A stretch of 64,000 bases of DNA from Leptonemataceae bacterium (GCA_965227295.1 OZ245742.1:1056001-1120000); one strand, 5' to 3'. Positions 48,942-59,980 are shown, counted from the stretch's first letter. Translations and numbers: made by a program. Notes: generated from the sequence alone by a model not told the origin.

Positions 48942-48973
48942 GTATCGCGCAAGAATTGGAAAGGAAGGAAACG

Positions 48974-49046
48974 TGCCCAGGGGCGGAATCGAACCACCGA
49001 CACGGGGATTTTCAGTCCCCTGCTCTACCGACTGAGCTACCTGGGC
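48974..49046 (-). tRNA. tRNA-Phe (GAA); CCA not encoded
   Basis: GCCCAGGTAGCTCAGTCGGTAGAGCAGGGGACTGAAAATCCCCGTGTCGGTGGTTCGATTCCGCCCCTGGGCA. Confidence 0.97.
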
Positions 49047-49080
49047 GCGAAAGGACAGGCTTCGGAGCAAGCACGGCCTG

Positions 49081-49743
49081 TCAACTCAAACCCGTGATTT
49101 TTGGCGGCGCAGTCAATTCCAGGGACTCGGCGAACTCCCTGAACCACTGCTGCAAGAACATCTCCCGCCTTGCCGGCTCTCCCCCTCGTTCCGCAACGGA
49201 CGTTACCCGCAGCCCCGGCTCTCCGCAGGGATGAATCCACCGGAACGTGGCAAGATCATTGGAGACGTTCAGCGCAATACCGTACGACGTAAAAAACGCT
49301 TTGAACATGATGCCGATGGACAGGAGCTTCGCCCCGTCATCGGTATAGAGGCCCGGCGCTTCCTCGCGCACATGCACGGGAATGTCCCAGACCACTTCAA
49401 TGGCGCGGCGGGCACTTTCCAGAAGCCCGTGAAAGAAGGGCTGGATCTTAAGTTCCCTTTTTCTTAAGTCTATGTGAGGATAGATTACGCACTGGCCGCG
49501 CTCGTGAGCCGTAAAGTCCCCGCCCCGGCGAATGCGCACGAGGCTCACACCCCGACGGCTCAGCCCGGTCTCGTTTGCGAGCAGGTTTTCCGGCCGGGCC
49601 TGCACACCGGCCGTGATCGTCGCCTCGTGCTCGCAGATGATGATCGCTTCGCGGCGGTGTTCCCGCAACCTTTCCTGTAGATGCACGTAGCGATCGTAGG
49701 ACAGGCTCTGCGCCGGCCGGTAAATGCGAGGGAATGCGTTCAT
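49081..49743 (-). CDS. lipB: Lipoyl(octanoyl) transferase
   Basis: CEHEATITAG, RRGGDFTAHERGQ, KLLSIG, GIALNV, IHPCG. Confidence 0.9.
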   Translation of the reverse strand: MNAFPRIYRPAQSLSYDRYVHLQERLREHRREAIIICEHEATITAGVQARPENLLANETGLSRRGVSLVRIRRGGDFTAHERGQCVIYPHIDLRKRELKIQPFFHGLLESARRAIEVVWDIPVHVREEAPGLYTDDGAKLLSIGIMFKAFFTSYGIALNVSNDLATFRWIHPCGEPGLRVTSVAERGGEPARREMFLQQWFREFAESLELTAPPKITGLS

Positions 49744-50852
49744 GACAGCGTGCAGCGTTTTACAACGATCGTGGCAAACGAACCGCGGGGCAACGTAAAT
49801 TCCAGGCGTACCTGTACGCGCCGGGCGAACTTCGGATCATCTTCGATGCCGGGCTCGCCGAAGTCTCGCGGTTCAAGCAACACATCGCGCTCAATAGATT
49901 CTATAAACCCATTCGCTGCGGCTTTCAACTCCATTTTGGGAATCAGCGGTCGCCTGCGCCGCAGTTCTGCCAGGCCGTTTTCGTCCAGGCTGCGATAAAA
50001 TATATACGACTCCACCGCTCCGTCATGTTCCCGTAGATTTCCGGCTGCACTCACCTCGCGGATCACAGCCGCGGCCTCGCGATTCCACAGATGCGACGGA
50101 TACGCGGAGAGGATGATGCTCAACTCGTCCCGCGGAATCAGCGCGGCGGCCGCCGCGAAGTCCGCCGGATGTTTCTCCAGCGCTCCAAAGACCGCGCGTT
50201 CCCCCGGGCTCACCGCCGCGTCCAGACAGGCCGACCAATCACCCCAATGCTCGCGAAAAAAGAGCCGGCGTTCGCGCACGTCGCGCCGTTCTCCGCCGCG
50301 GATCGCCGTCGTGTATGTTTGCAATCCGCGCTCGAAGTCGCCGGACAGGAAGTCCTGCGCAATGAAACCCCGCTCCGGATGGTACGAGCCGAAACGCTGA
50401 TCGTCGAAGTAATTCGGTACGCCCCAACGCCGTAGCTCCGCCACGTTTGTTTCAATTTCACCGACACGCTTCTTCGACACCGAGCGCAGGGTAATCCCGA
50501 AGCGATTGCCGGCGATGTAGCGCGGCCCCATGAACGTATCGGAGAACCCCAGCGCTTCGAGGGAATAGGCCGGGTCGGTGAAACTGAGGTCACGTTTATC
50601 TTCGATGGTAATGATCTGCGTGGTCAGCGCGTGGCGATCCTTACGGCCGCCGTAGTGCAGGCGACTCCGTGGAATACCGGCCCGCTTCGCAATGCGGTGC
50701 AGCACATCCGTAGTATTCCAGCCGCGTTTGCGCAGACAGTAGACCCGGTAGCGCCCGGATTTCGGATCTACAGGCAACGTCTGCAACTCATCCACCCGAA
50801 AGTCCTCGGGTAGCACACGCAGTTTGTAGGAGATCGGCGCCGGCTGTTGCAT
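49740..50852 (-). CDS. truD: tRNA pseudouridine(13) synthase
   Basis: PEDFRVDE, GRKDRHALTTQ, GNRFGITLR, PNYFDDQRFG, FTLPRGSFAT. Confidence 0.93.
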   Translation of the reverse strand: MQQPAPISYKLRVLPEDFRVDELQTLPVDPKSGRYRVYCLRKRGWNTTDVLHRIAKRAGIPRSRLHYGGRKDRHALTTQIITIEDKRDLSFTDPAYSLEALGFSDTFMGPRYIAGNRFGITLRSVSKKRVGEIETNVAELRRWGVPNYFDDQRFGSYHPERGFIAQDFLSGDFERGLQTYTTAIRGGERRDVRERRLFFREHWGDWSACLDAAVSPGERAVFGALEKHPADFAAAAALIPRDELSIILSAYPSHLWNREAAAVIREVSAAGNLREHDGAVESYIFYRSLDENGLAELRRRRPLIPKMELKAAANGFIESIERDVLLEPRDFGEPGIEDDPKFARRVQVRLEFTLPRGSFATIVVKRCTLS

Positions 50853-50877
50853 CTTGCTACTGAAACTTTAGTATAAC

Positions 50878-51246
50878 TTACGGCGCGTAAAGGACCGACA
50901 TGGCGCACTGCGCCTGGCGCGCGCAATCGGACGCCGCGCCTGCCGCAAAACATCCCTGGATGCGCACGTAGGTTTCCGGTTTCGCACAGCCGACGAGACA
51001 GGCCTGACGAAGCCGCGGCAAACGCGCACGATTCTCCGGGGTATCGCCGAAGAATTCCAGGCCGCACACGGTCAATCGTTCACAGACTACGGCGCAGTCT
51101 TCGGCCACCTGCTCCGCATCCACCTCGGCGAGCGGCGGCGCCTGGCAGGCGTACTTCGCCACGACGATCATACTGACCGCCGTGCAGAATAGCATGAACG
51201 GCAGCCAGCGCAAAGCGCGAATCCGACCACGACGATTAGCGCTCAT
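50878..51246 (-). CDS. Membrane-anchored Cys-rich protein (Leptospira-type Cys-rich family)
   Basis: TM then CAVVCERLTVC...CLVGC...GCF...DC...QC; start taken at ATG 51246. Confidence 0.65.
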   Translation of the reverse strand: MSANRRGRIRALRWLPFMLFCTAVSMIVVAKYACQAPPLAEVDAEQVAEDCAVVCERLTVCGLEFFGDTPENRARLPRLRQACLVGCAKPETYVRIQGCFAAGAASDCARQAQCAMSVLYAP

Positions 51247-52888
51247 GACGCTCCACGTCCCAGTATCGAATCGGCCGCTGGAGCGTTTGCGGATCCGCGA
51301 TTCCCGCCCACACGTCTTCGAACGTAAGGTCGTCGCGCCAGACCGGCCAGGTCCGGATTTCCCGATACGGCGCGGGCGGCTCGGTCTCTTGTGATTCGTA
51401 CACGATGATGCCGGGCAGACCCAGGCCGGCATTCCGGCATCCCTCCGGCATCATCGCATGAACAATGGCGCGCTCCGGCAAAAGATTGCGATATGCCAGA
51501 GCATCCCAGGTATCCGGACTTACCACGCAGAGTTCCCGGGCGAGATCGTTTTCGCGGATTGAATCGGGCAAGATCGTCCGGTGAAAGTGAGGAACCAGAC
51601 CAAGCTGCAATGCGACGGAACACGCCAGACCCGCCGCGACCGCCGCCGGATAGCTCCACCGGGGACGACGGATCATGACGACCAGGAGCGCGATGACCGC
51701 AAGCAGCGCTCCCGGAAGCCAGAGCATATGTTCGCTCCCACCGAGGCCCGCGCTCAGCACACCGGCGACGAACAGCAATACAACGAGAACGATCGTATTC
51801 GCTCGCAGCACGCGTCGCATCTCACGCAGGTCGATCACGAGCGCGATACCCGCGATGAAACCGGGCAGGGCCGGCAACATATAGTACATTGCCTTCCGGT
51901 TCGGCACAAGATGAAAGAGCGTCCACACCACGGCTGTCCAGATTAACACCTGACCGGCGAAGGCCCGCGGCGAGCGAACCCGGTCGCGCAGGGCTGCGAT
52001 GACGCCGACGAACAACACAATCGTGAACGGCAGCGTATGCAACAGCCAGCCCGACAACAGGCGCAGTTCCGACTGATTCGACTCCCGGAACTTCGAGACG
52101 TTTTCGAAGATCATGAAGTACTCGAGCAACTGCATACCGGCATCAGCTCGCGAATACGTGAAATAGGCCCACACGATGGGGATCAGTAACGGCACGTGAA
52201 AGATCACGGCGGCGCGCAATACGTGCACGATCCGCGCGCGGCCGGCCCGGCGCACGCCTTTCGAATCGTTGCGAAAACGAAAGAGGATCATGCTCGCCCA
52301 GGTCGCGAGCATCAAAACGCCGTAGACCTGGAAGAGCGGACCCTTAAACAAATACGCAACGGCCGCGCACGTGCCGGAAACCAGGAGCGCAATCCGGTTC
52401 TCGCGACGGAGATACATCGCAAACGCCCACAGCATACCGACACTCGCGAGCGCGAGGCCCTGCTCCATCATGAGCAACCGACCGAACTTAAAGACGCCGA
52501 GCGTGCCCGCGTACAGCAGCGCCGTCCAGAAAGCGAACGACCGGTTGCGATCGAACGTTCGCAGTACGCCGAAAACGCACAGCACCGTGAGCAGGGCAAA
52601 CACCACCGAAGGCAGGCGCGCCGACCACAGCGATGCTCCGAACAAATGCTCACTCGCGATCCCGGCCCAGAACAACAACGGCGGTTTATGGTAGTTCGGC
52701 GCGCCGTTGATGATCGGCAAGAACCACTGACCGTTCGCAACGCTCTCGCGCACGGTAGCAATGTGCATGAGCTCATCGCCCTGAGCGAGGACGGCGGTGG
52801 AACCGCTTCCGGGCCACACCAGAACCAACGTAAAGAGAGCAAGCAGCGCAGCCGCGACGGCGTCCCGCTGAACTTCCACGCGCTTCAT
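51236..52888 (-). CDS. ArnT/PMT (GT83/GT39-like) membrane glycosyltransferase
   Basis: GDE motif, HKPPLLFW, WSARLPS, FKGP, many TM. Confidence 0.85.
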   Translation of the reverse strand: MKRVEVQRDAVAAALLALFTLVLVWPGSGSTAVLAQGDELMHIATVRESVANGQWFLPIINGAPNYHKPPLLFWAGIASEHLFGASLWSARLPSVVFALLTVLCVFGVLRTFDRNRSFAFWTALLYAGTLGVFKFGRLLMMEQGLALASVGMLWAFAMYLRRENRIALLVSGTCAAVAYLFKGPLFQVYGVLMLATWASMILFRFRNDSKGVRRAGRARIVHVLRAAVIFHVPLLIPIVWAYFTYSRADAGMQLLEYFMIFENVSKFRESNQSELRLLSGWLLHTLPFTIVLFVGVIAALRDRVRSPRAFAGQVLIWTAVVWTLFHLVPNRKAMYYMLPALPGFIAGIALVIDLREMRRVLRANTIVLVVLLFVAGVLSAGLGGSEHMLWLPGALLAVIALLVVMIRRPRWSYPAAVAAGLACSVALQLGLVPHFHRTILPDSIRENDLARELCVVSPDTWDALAYRNLLPERAIVHAMMPEGCRNAGLGLPGIIVYESQETEPPAPYREIRTWPVWRDDLTFEDVWAGIADPQTLQRPIRYWDVERHER

Positions 52889-52889
52889 A

Positions 52890-55151
52890 TTAGTGGCTGA
52901 GACTCTCCAGAATTTCCAGGCTGAGTTTTTTGGCTTCCACCTCATCGTCCGGGGCGCCGGTACACGAGGGACAACCGCTTTCGCACGGACAATCTTCGAT
53001 GCGAATCTTTGCAGCGGCGGCAATCACCGGCAGATTTTCTAGAATGCGGTAGCACAACTCGAGGCCGCCCGGGAACTGATCGTAAAAATAAATCGCCGGC
53101 AAGCCGAACGTGGCGGCCTTGACCTCGGCCTTCACACGAATGTCCCGCGGATCACACAGTACGTACAGCGGCGCCACATTGCCGAGCACATGCGCCGTGC
53201 CCGCCAGCACGCCGCCGAGATCGCGCTCGGCTACTTTTTGACGCAGGGGATGATCCTCGGGAATCAGGATCCAGCCGCCCTGGGTATGCATTTCGATTTC
53301 CGGCGTATGGATGTCGCCCCAGCCGAGATTTTCGTGGGTCTCTAACTTGATCTTCTTGAACATTACGGCTTTGATCCGTAGCATCAGCTCGCCGCGATGC
53401 ATTTCGTAGCCGTTGCGCACGCGTTCTTCTTCGTCTTCCAGGACGTATAAATCAACCTTGTCCTGGGCGTCGGTGTAGTAGTCGACGTTGATCCGGCGCA
53501 CCCGGGCCTGGCGGTCCTCCCAGATCAGCTCTTCCACGTAGTACTGCTTGCCCTGATGAATGTAGATCGCGTGGGGATGAATGTACAGCGGCGCGGAAAA
53601 CAGATCGATCTCGCCGATGACTTCCTCACGGTTTTTTTCCGTGCAGTCGATGATGGCGAAGTTTTCCCGCGGGCCGGAGCGCAGGGAGATCGTATTTGCC
53701 GGGTAGACGTCCTCCATCCAGTGGTACTTGCCGCCGCTGTGATTCAACACACGCTTCTCGCCCAGATACTCCAGGATGTCGCCGGTGTTCGGGAAGTTGC
53801 CGAAGTCGTCGGCGTCTTTGAAGGGCAGTTCGAAGGCCGAACACTTCAGGTGATCGGTGACGATCAAAAGATTGTCCGGATTCGACATGGCCTGCTCCGG
53901 ATTGTTTTCGAGAAAGTACTCCGGATGCTGGGCGAGGTACTGGTCCGTCCCCGCGCTGGTGGCCACGAGTACGGAGAGGGAGTCCTGCTGACGCCGACCC
54001 GCGCGGCCGAACTGCTGCAACATGGAACTGACACTGCCCGGATACCCCACGCTGATGGAGACGTCCAGCATGCCGATGTCCACGCCGAGCTCGAGGGCGT
54101 TCGTCGAAACCACGCCGATGACGTCGCCGTTGCGCAGCTCCTTTTCGATGCGCCGCCGCTCGTTGGGCAGGTAGCCGCCGCGGTACGAACGAATCTTGTG
54201 CTGCAATTCCGGGCAGCGCTCTTTTAAGTACGTAAACAATAACTCCACGTATACACGACTGCGACAGAACATGATCGTGCTGATGCGATTCTTCAGCAGA
54301 TAGGCGCCCAGGTTCGCCGTCTCTTTGATGGCCGAGGCGCGGATGCCGAGTTGCTGATTCACCACGGGCGGGTTGTAGAACACGATCTGCTTTTCACCGC
54401 GGGGCGCGCCGTTTTCATTGACCAGCGTAAACTCACGCCCGGTAATTGTTTCGGCGTGTTCTTTAGGGTTCGCAATGGTCGCCGACGACGCGAGAAAGCG
54501 CGGCTTCGATCCGTAAAACTCGCAGATGCGCTGGAGCCGCCGGAGCAGGTTCGCCACGTGGCTGCCGAAAACGCCGCGGTAGGTATGCAGCTCGTCCATG
54601 ACGACGAACTCCAGGTTTTCGAAGAGTTTGATCCACTGCGTATGATGCGGCAGAATTCCGGCGTGCAGCATGTCCGGATTCGTGACCACGAAGTCGCCGG
54701 CCTCGGTGATCTTGCGCCTGGCCGCTACCGGCGTGTCGCCGTCGAACGTAAAAATCTTGAAGTCGGTGCCGCAAGCATCGTTGAAAGCGTTCAGCGCCGA
54801 TTGTTGGTCCTGGCTCAGCGCCTTCGTGGGAAACAACAACAGCGCGCGGGCGTGGGGGTTCTCAATCTTGCGCTGAAAGATGGGCAGCATGTACGTGAGC
54901 GACTTGCCCGAGGCGGTGGGCGTGACCACGACCACGTTTTCGCCGCGCAAAGCCGATTGCACGGCCGTGCTCTGGTGCGTATATAGATCGCGGACACCAC
55001 GATCTTTCAAGGCCGCCGTGAGTCGCGCGTCCAACTCCGCCGGCGCCGGGGCATACTCCGCTTCTTTCGCGGCGACAGTATGGTAGCCCGTAATACAATC
55101 GCCGAAGTGCGGGTCCTGCCGGAGAAAATCGAGGAACTGCTGGAGGTTCAT
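52890..55151 (-). CDS. DEAD/DEAH-box helicase with DUF1998 Zn domain (Hrq1/MrfA-like)
   Basis: TPTASGKS, PTKAL, DELH, SAT, STNALELGVDIG, QQFGRAGR, LCDPRD, CPCESGCPSC. Confidence 0.93.
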   Translation of the reverse strand: MNLQQFLDFLRQDPHFGDCITGYHTVAAKEAEYAPAPAELDARLTAALKDRGVRDLYTHQSTAVQSALRGENVVVVTPTASGKSLTYMLPIFQRKIENPHARALLLFPTKALSQDQQSALNAFNDACGTDFKIFTFDGDTPVAARRKITEAGDFVVTNPDMLHAGILPHHTQWIKLFENLEFVVMDELHTYRGVFGSHVANLLRRLQRICEFYGSKPRFLASSATIANPKEHAETITGREFTLVNENGAPRGEKQIVFYNPPVVNQQLGIRASAIKETANLGAYLLKNRISTIMFCRSRVYVELLFTYLKERCPELQHKIRSYRGGYLPNERRRIEKELRNGDVIGVVSTNALELGVDIGMLDVSISVGYPGSVSSMLQQFGRAGRRQQDSLSVLVATSAGTDQYLAQHPEYFLENNPEQAMSNPDNLLIVTDHLKCSAFELPFKDADDFGNFPNTGDILEYLGEKRVLNHSGGKYHWMEDVYPANTISLRSGPRENFAIIDCTEKNREEVIGEIDLFSAPLYIHPHAIYIHQGKQYYVEELIWEDRQARVRRINVDYYTDAQDKVDLYVLEDEEERVRNGYEMHRGELMLRIKAVMFKKIKLETHENLGWGDIHTPEIEMHTQGGWILIPEDHPLRQKVAERDLGGVLAGTAHVLGNVAPLYVLCDPRDIRVKAEVKAATFGLPAIYFYDQFPGGLELCYRILENLPVIAAAAKIRIEDCPCESGCPSCTGAPDDEVEAKKLSLEILESLSH

Positions 55152-55282
55152 GGGGCGATGCTTATGTCCCGCCGCATGACATAGCCGTCAAGTGTTTAGG
55201 AAGATCTTCTGCGTTTCGATTTCGTACGTGGCCCGCGCAAAAAAGCTTGTCCATCCGAGATACACCGGGCAAAGCTCGTAAC

Positions 55283-58200
55283 GTGAAATCCCTGCGCCAC
55301 GCCCTGCTACTCCTGCTCATCCTGCCCGTGTACTTCTGGCCCTCGGAACCGCGGGGAAACACGAACCCCGCGTTCTACCTGGCCACCGATCGCTCCTTTA
55401 CCGACGGCGAAACCCCGTATGTGAATCTTGAGGCTTCGGGCTACGCCGACGTCGAATTCCGGCTCTATCGTGTGAACGATCCGCAGACGTTCTTCTTAAA
55501 GCACGTTCAGGCAAGATTAGTGAGGCCGGAAACGGGCGCGGCCTTCGCGAATCCTTTCGCTCTCGCGCGCGAGTCCTGGGCCTATTTCAAGAACGACATG
55601 CGCACGCTGGCCCGCGCGGAATTTCATCCGAAGACGCGCTCGTTGTTGCGACAGACCGCGGGCATCGACTACACGAACCCCGGTGTCGGCGGCGACCTGG
55701 CGAAACCGGCCCTGCTCAAGGAACACGAGTTCCTGCGTTCGTTTTCGGTGCCCACCATCGAGAGCCACTGGGCCTATCGACGCGTGCCGGTACCCGTCGG
55801 CGATAACGGCATCTACCTGGTAGAAGCCATCTACGGTAAGAATGTCGCCTACACCGTGCTCGTGAAATCCGGGCTTACGTTTCTTACAAAGCAGGGCGAT
55901 GAGGGGACCGTCGTCTTTGCCGCCCACTCGGCCACCGGCGATCCGGTGAGCGGAGCCGACGTGGACATGTTCGACGCGAACAGCGGCGCGCGCTTCGGCG
56001 GCGGGCGGACGGCGAGCGACGGCATCTTTCGTTTCAAAGGCAACACCCCGAACAAGAGTTTGATCTTACTCCGGAAAAGCGCGGAGGATGAAGCCGGCGG
56101 CACCGAGTACGCGCTCTCGGATCCGGACTTTTTCTCCAGTTCGTTCTACGGCCAGGGCGGTCCCCGGGTCTATCTCTATACCGACCGGCCTATCTACCGC
56201 CCCGGGGACGAGGTGTTCTTCAAAGCCATCGCCCGGGATTTCAGCGGCAACGATTACCGCCCCCTGGCCGGCGGCGCCACCTTCACCGTGCTTGACGAAA
56301 AAGGCGACGTCATCGTTAACAATCGACCGGCGAATCTTAGCGGAAACATGGGTACCGCGGACGGTACATTCACCCTGCCCGCCGGCGACAGCGTCAATCT
56401 GGGTACATACAACGTAATCCTGAACACACGCGGCAGTTCGTTCTCCTCCGAGTTCCGGGTGGACGCCTATCGCAAACCGAAATTCCGCGTGCGCGTCAAC
56501 ACCACCAAGCGTACGTACGGCAAAAGCGATAACGTTCCCGTGCGCATCTCCGCAGCGTACTACTACGGCAAAGCGCTGTCCGGGGTGAACGTAAACGTGC
56601 GGGTCTTTCGCACACCGAAGTTCGATTACTCCCCGGTGGGTCATTACAACTTCGAAGCGGCCTCCGCTTACCTGGACGCCACCGGCGGCTCCACGTCCCG
56701 GGAACTGGTCCTCGACGAAACGAAGACCCTCGGTTCCGACGGCGACGTCTCGCTCACGATCCGACCGGAAAAGATCGACCAGGACTACGATTACTCCATC
56801 CTCGCCAGCGTCACCGCCGAGGACTCCACGATCACCGGCACCGGACGTTTCTCGGTGAACCGCTCGCCGTTTTACATTAAGGTTCTCCGCGACAACCAGG
56901 TCTTCGGCCCCGGCGAAACGGCCGAGATGATCGTGCAGCTCGTCCCGTACGATTCTTCGCTGTCCGCCGAAGACGTTAAAAAACTCATCGGCGGGCGTTC
57001 GGTGGACGGCGTGTTGTACCAGCGCTCGTTCTACTGGATTTCGGAAGAACGCGAGCGCAAACAGGTGGCTTCCACCTCCGCGAAGACCGACGACTCCGGC
57101 CGCGCGAAGATCGCCTTTAAGGTTCCGGAAAGCGGACATTACGTGGCGTCCATCGAAGCGTCGGCCCCGGACGGCAGCGAGACCACCAACGATGTAACGC
57201 TCTGGGCGTCCGGTCGCCAGGATACCATCGAGATGCCGGTGAAGAATCTCACCCTCACCGCCGGCAAGGATCTCTACAAAGTCGGCGAAACCGCAGAAGT
57301 GCTGATCGTATCGCCAGTGGAAAACGGGCACGTCTTCGTGAGCCTGGAAGGATCGCAGCTGTATCACCAGGAAACGGTGAAGCTCAACGGGAACACGCAT
57401 CGCTATCGCGTGAAGATTACCGAGGGCATGTCGCCGAACTTTGTATTTTCCGCCGCGTTGTTCCACGGCGGCGACGCCTACAAGAACGAACTGAAAGTCG
57501 TGGCGCCGCCTCAGGATCGTTTTCTGAAAGTTACGGTAGAATCAGACAAACAGATCTACCGCCCCGGTGACCAGGTCGACCTCACGGTCAGAACTGTAGA
57601 CGCCAACGGCCGCGGCGTGCCCTCGGAGGTAAGCCTGGGCGTGGTGGACGCGGCGTTGTATCAGTTGCAGAGCGATCCGACGCCGGCCATGGCGAAGTTT
57701 TTTTATCATCCGCGACGGAATAACGTGCTTACGAATCTTTCCAGCGCGTTTCGTTTCTTCGGCTACTCCGAGGAGAAACGGCTGGAGCTGGCGCTGAACC
57801 GCAGGTCGGGAGCGTTCACGGCCATCAAGGACAGCGACGACGCGCGCAAAGATTTTAAGGACCAGACGTTCTGGAATGCAAAGGTCACCACGGCGGCGAA
57901 CGGCGAGGCGCGGGTCTCCTTCAAACTCGCGGACAACCTTACCGAATGGAAGGTCACGGCCCGGGCCGTTACGCGTGACACGCGGGTCGGTGAAAGTACG
58001 CATGCGTTCGTCGCGCGCAAAGACCTGCAAATCCAGGCCGGCATTCCGCCGTACCTGCTGCGCGACCGCGAGCAGACCATTGCGGCGAGCGTCAGCAATC
58101 TTACGAAAGAGAAGCAAGACATCACCGTCAGCGTAACCGCCGAAAACGGAAAGTTAACGGGGGACACCGAACGCCGGCTCAGCCTGGATCCCGGCGGCTC

Positions 58201-59980
58201 GGCGCCGGTGTACTTTAAGCTACAGACCGGCTCCGGAGACGCCATGCAGCTGCGCCTCAAAGCCGCGGCCGGCAGGCTGTACGACATCAGCGAACACAAC
58301 GTAAAACTGAAACCTTTCGGACTGCAACGCACGGTAGCGGGACACACCGTCCTCGAATCCGGCGACGACAGCGAAAGTACGGAAGTGAACCTCCCCGAAA
58401 AGAACGCGCGTCCCCGACTCTCGGTACGGCTCAATCCCGGCAGCGGCCTTGCAGTACGACAATCGCTCGTTTACCTCGCCGACTATCCGTACGGCTGCAT
58501 CGAACAAACGATGTCACGTTTTATGCCGGTGCTCGCCGCCAAACAGGCCGGCTACGTTACTCCGCGTTTGCAGCGTGAGTTGCCCGAGATGGTGCAATGG
58601 GGCATCGCCCGGCTGCGGCAGATGCAGAATACCGACGGCGGCTTCGGTTGGTACGGCGAAAACCAGGCGAGCGACGCGCTCATGTCCGCTTACGTCTTTC
58701 GCGGTCTCGCGATCAGCAAACGACTCGGCTACGACTTCGAGGACAAGATGCTCGATCGCGCGCGCTCGTTTTTGTATCAGCAACTTGCGCAACAATCATT
58801 CACACCGTTCGAACGCGCCTACATTCTCTTTTCCCTGAGCGAGGGCGGCAAGATCGAAGCCTCGATGATGGAAGCCGCTCTGAAAGAGATCGATGCAAGC
58901 GAGCAAACGCAGTACGGCCGCGCCCTTGTCGCGCTCACGCTCATCAACCAGAATCGCCCGACGGACGCACGCAAGCTCATCGACAAACTGCTCGACGACA
59001 CCGACGTCGCCGAAGAAAAAACCGGCCTGCTCTTTACACAGAGTGCGCACATCGGAAACTACGGCGCCTGGGAGGAAGATAACATCGAAATGACCGCGGC
59101 GATTTTGACGGCGGCGGTCCGCCTTAAGATGGACGGCGACATCCAGGAAAACCTGGCCGCAACGCTGCTGGTCAATCGGCGCGGCTACTACTACGGCTCG
59201 GCCTTCCGCAATCCCGACGGCAGTGCGAATGCTCACGTTGCCTGGAAAAACTCGCGCGACACCGCCTGGGCGGTCCTCGCGCTCACGGAAAAACTAAAAG
59301 CAACTCGCGAAACATTAGAAGATGCATCGCTCAACGTAACCGTGAACGGGCAAGCGGTGAAACGCTTTACGGTGAGCGCCGCTACCGTGGATGCCGGCGA
59401 AACGTTGATCGAGGTGCCCGCTCAGAATCTCAAAAGCGGCAACAATCAAATCAAAATCGAAAAAGAAGGCGGCCCCGCGGTCTACGCCTCGGCCATGCTC
59501 ACGTTCTATGACGGCAGCGACTCATTCAGTGCGCAGGAAGTCGGGCTTTCGATCTCACGTTCGTACGAAATCGTGAAGGTCAGCCGCTCGAACTCCGGCG
59601 AGCTCTCGATCCATACCAACAGCTCCAGGAGTTTCGAGCAGGGCGACCTTGTTATGGTCAGCCTCCGCGTCGCTTCGAAAAGCCCCGCCGACGACTACTA
59701 CCAGATCGAAGACGCCATCCCGCCGGGTTTTTCGGTGATGCAAAACGATGCCGAGTATTACTCCAGTGACCGCCTGCGAGAGTACGCGGCCCGCCAGATC
59801 TACGACGACCGCGCCGTCTTCTTCACGCGCGGCCCCGTGAAGAATTTCACCATCCGCTACTTTCTGCGCGCGAACCTGCCCGGCGAATACAGAGCGGTCC
59901 CGGCCAAGGCCCTGATCATGTACTATCCGGAGCTGCATGGACTCACCTCCGACGACACCCTGCGAGTCGCCGAACGATGA
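55283..59980 (+). CDS. Bacterial alpha-2-macroglobulin with intact thioester motif
   Basis: YTDRPIYRPGD (MG2), FKLADNLTEWKVTA, YPYGCIEQ, QNTDGGFGWY; GTG start 55283. Confidence 0.94.
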   Translation: MKSLRHALLLLLILPVYFWPSEPRGNTNPAFYLATDRSFTDGETPYVNLEASGYADVEFRLYRVNDPQTFFLKHVQARLVRPETGAAFANPFALARESWAYFKNDMRTLARAEFHPKTRSLLRQTAGIDYTNPGVGGDLAKPALLKEHEFLRSFSVPTIESHWAYRRVPVPVGDNGIYLVEAIYGKNVAYTVLVKSGLTFLTKQGDEGTVVFAAHSATGDPVSGADVDMFDANSGARFGGGRTASDGIFRFKGNTPNKSLILLRKSAEDEAGGTEYALSDPDFFSSSFYGQGGPRVYLYTDRPIYRPGDEVFFKAIARDFSGNDYRPLAGGATFTVLDEKGDVIVNNRPANLSGNMGTADGTFTLPAGDSVNLGTYNVILNTRGSSFSSEFRVDAYRKPKFRVRVNTTKRTYGKSDNVPVRISAAYYYGKALSGVNVNVRVFRTPKFDYSPVGHYNFEAASAYLDATGGSTSRELVLDETKTLGSDGDVSLTIRPEKIDQDYDYSILASVTAEDSTITGTGRFSVNRSPFYIKVLRDNQVFGPGETAEMIVQLVPYDSSLSAEDVKKLIGGRSVDGVLYQRSFYWISEERERKQVASTSAKTDDSGRAKIAFKVPESGHYVASIEASAPDGSETTNDVTLWASGRQDTIEMPVKNLTLTAGKDLYKVGETAEVLIVSPVENGHVFVSLEGSQLYHQETVKLNGNTHRYRVKITEGMSPNFVFSAALFHGGDAYKNELKVVAPPQDRFLKVTVESDKQIYRPGDQVDLTVRTVDANGRGVPSEVSLGVVDAALYQLQSDPTPAMAKFFYHPRRNNVLTNLSSAFRFFGYSEEKRLELALNRRSGAFTAIKDSDDARKDFKDQTFWNAKVTTAANGEARVSFKLADNLTEWKVTARAVTRDTRVGESTHAFVARKDLQIQAGIPPYLLRDREQTIAASVSNLTKEKQDITVSVTAENGKLTGDTERRLSLDPGGSAPVYFKLQTGSGDAMQLRLKAAAGRLYDISEHNVKLKPFGLQRTVAGHTVLESGDDSESTEVNLPEKNARPRLSVRLNPGSGLAVRQSLVYLADYPYGCIEQTMSRFMPVLAAKQAGYVTPRLQRELPEMVQWGIARLRQMQNTDGGFGWYGENQASDALMSAYVFRGLAISKRLGYDFEDKMLDRARSFLYQQLAQQSFTPFERAYILFSLSEGGKIEASMMEAALKEIDASEQTQYGRALVALTLINQNRPTDARKLIDKLLDDTDVAEEKTGLLFTQSAHIGNYGAWEEDNIEMTAAILTAAVRLKMDGDIQENLAATLLVNRRGYYYGSAFRNPDGSANAHVAWKNSRDTAWAVLALTEKLKATRETLEDASLNVTVNGQAVKRFTVSAATVDAGETLIEVPAQNLKSGNNQIKIEKEGGPAVYASAMLTFYDGSDSFSAQEVGLSISRSYEIVKVSRSNSGELSIHTNSSRSFEQGDLVMVSLRVASKSPADDYYQIEDAIPPGFSVMQNDAEYYSSDRLREYAARQIYDDRAVFFTRGPVKNFTIRYFLRANLPGEYRAVPAKALIMYYPELHGLTSDDTLRVAER

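Noticed and set aside
38942..49046. Region between the two tRNAs as an integrated island
   Set aside because: No integrase, no duplicated tRNA 3' end seen, and the content includes core metabolic genes
52890..55151. DUF1998 helicase as a DISARM or Druantia component
   Set aside because: Single Hrq1/MrfA-type fusion with no methylase, PLD nuclease or other defence genes adjacent
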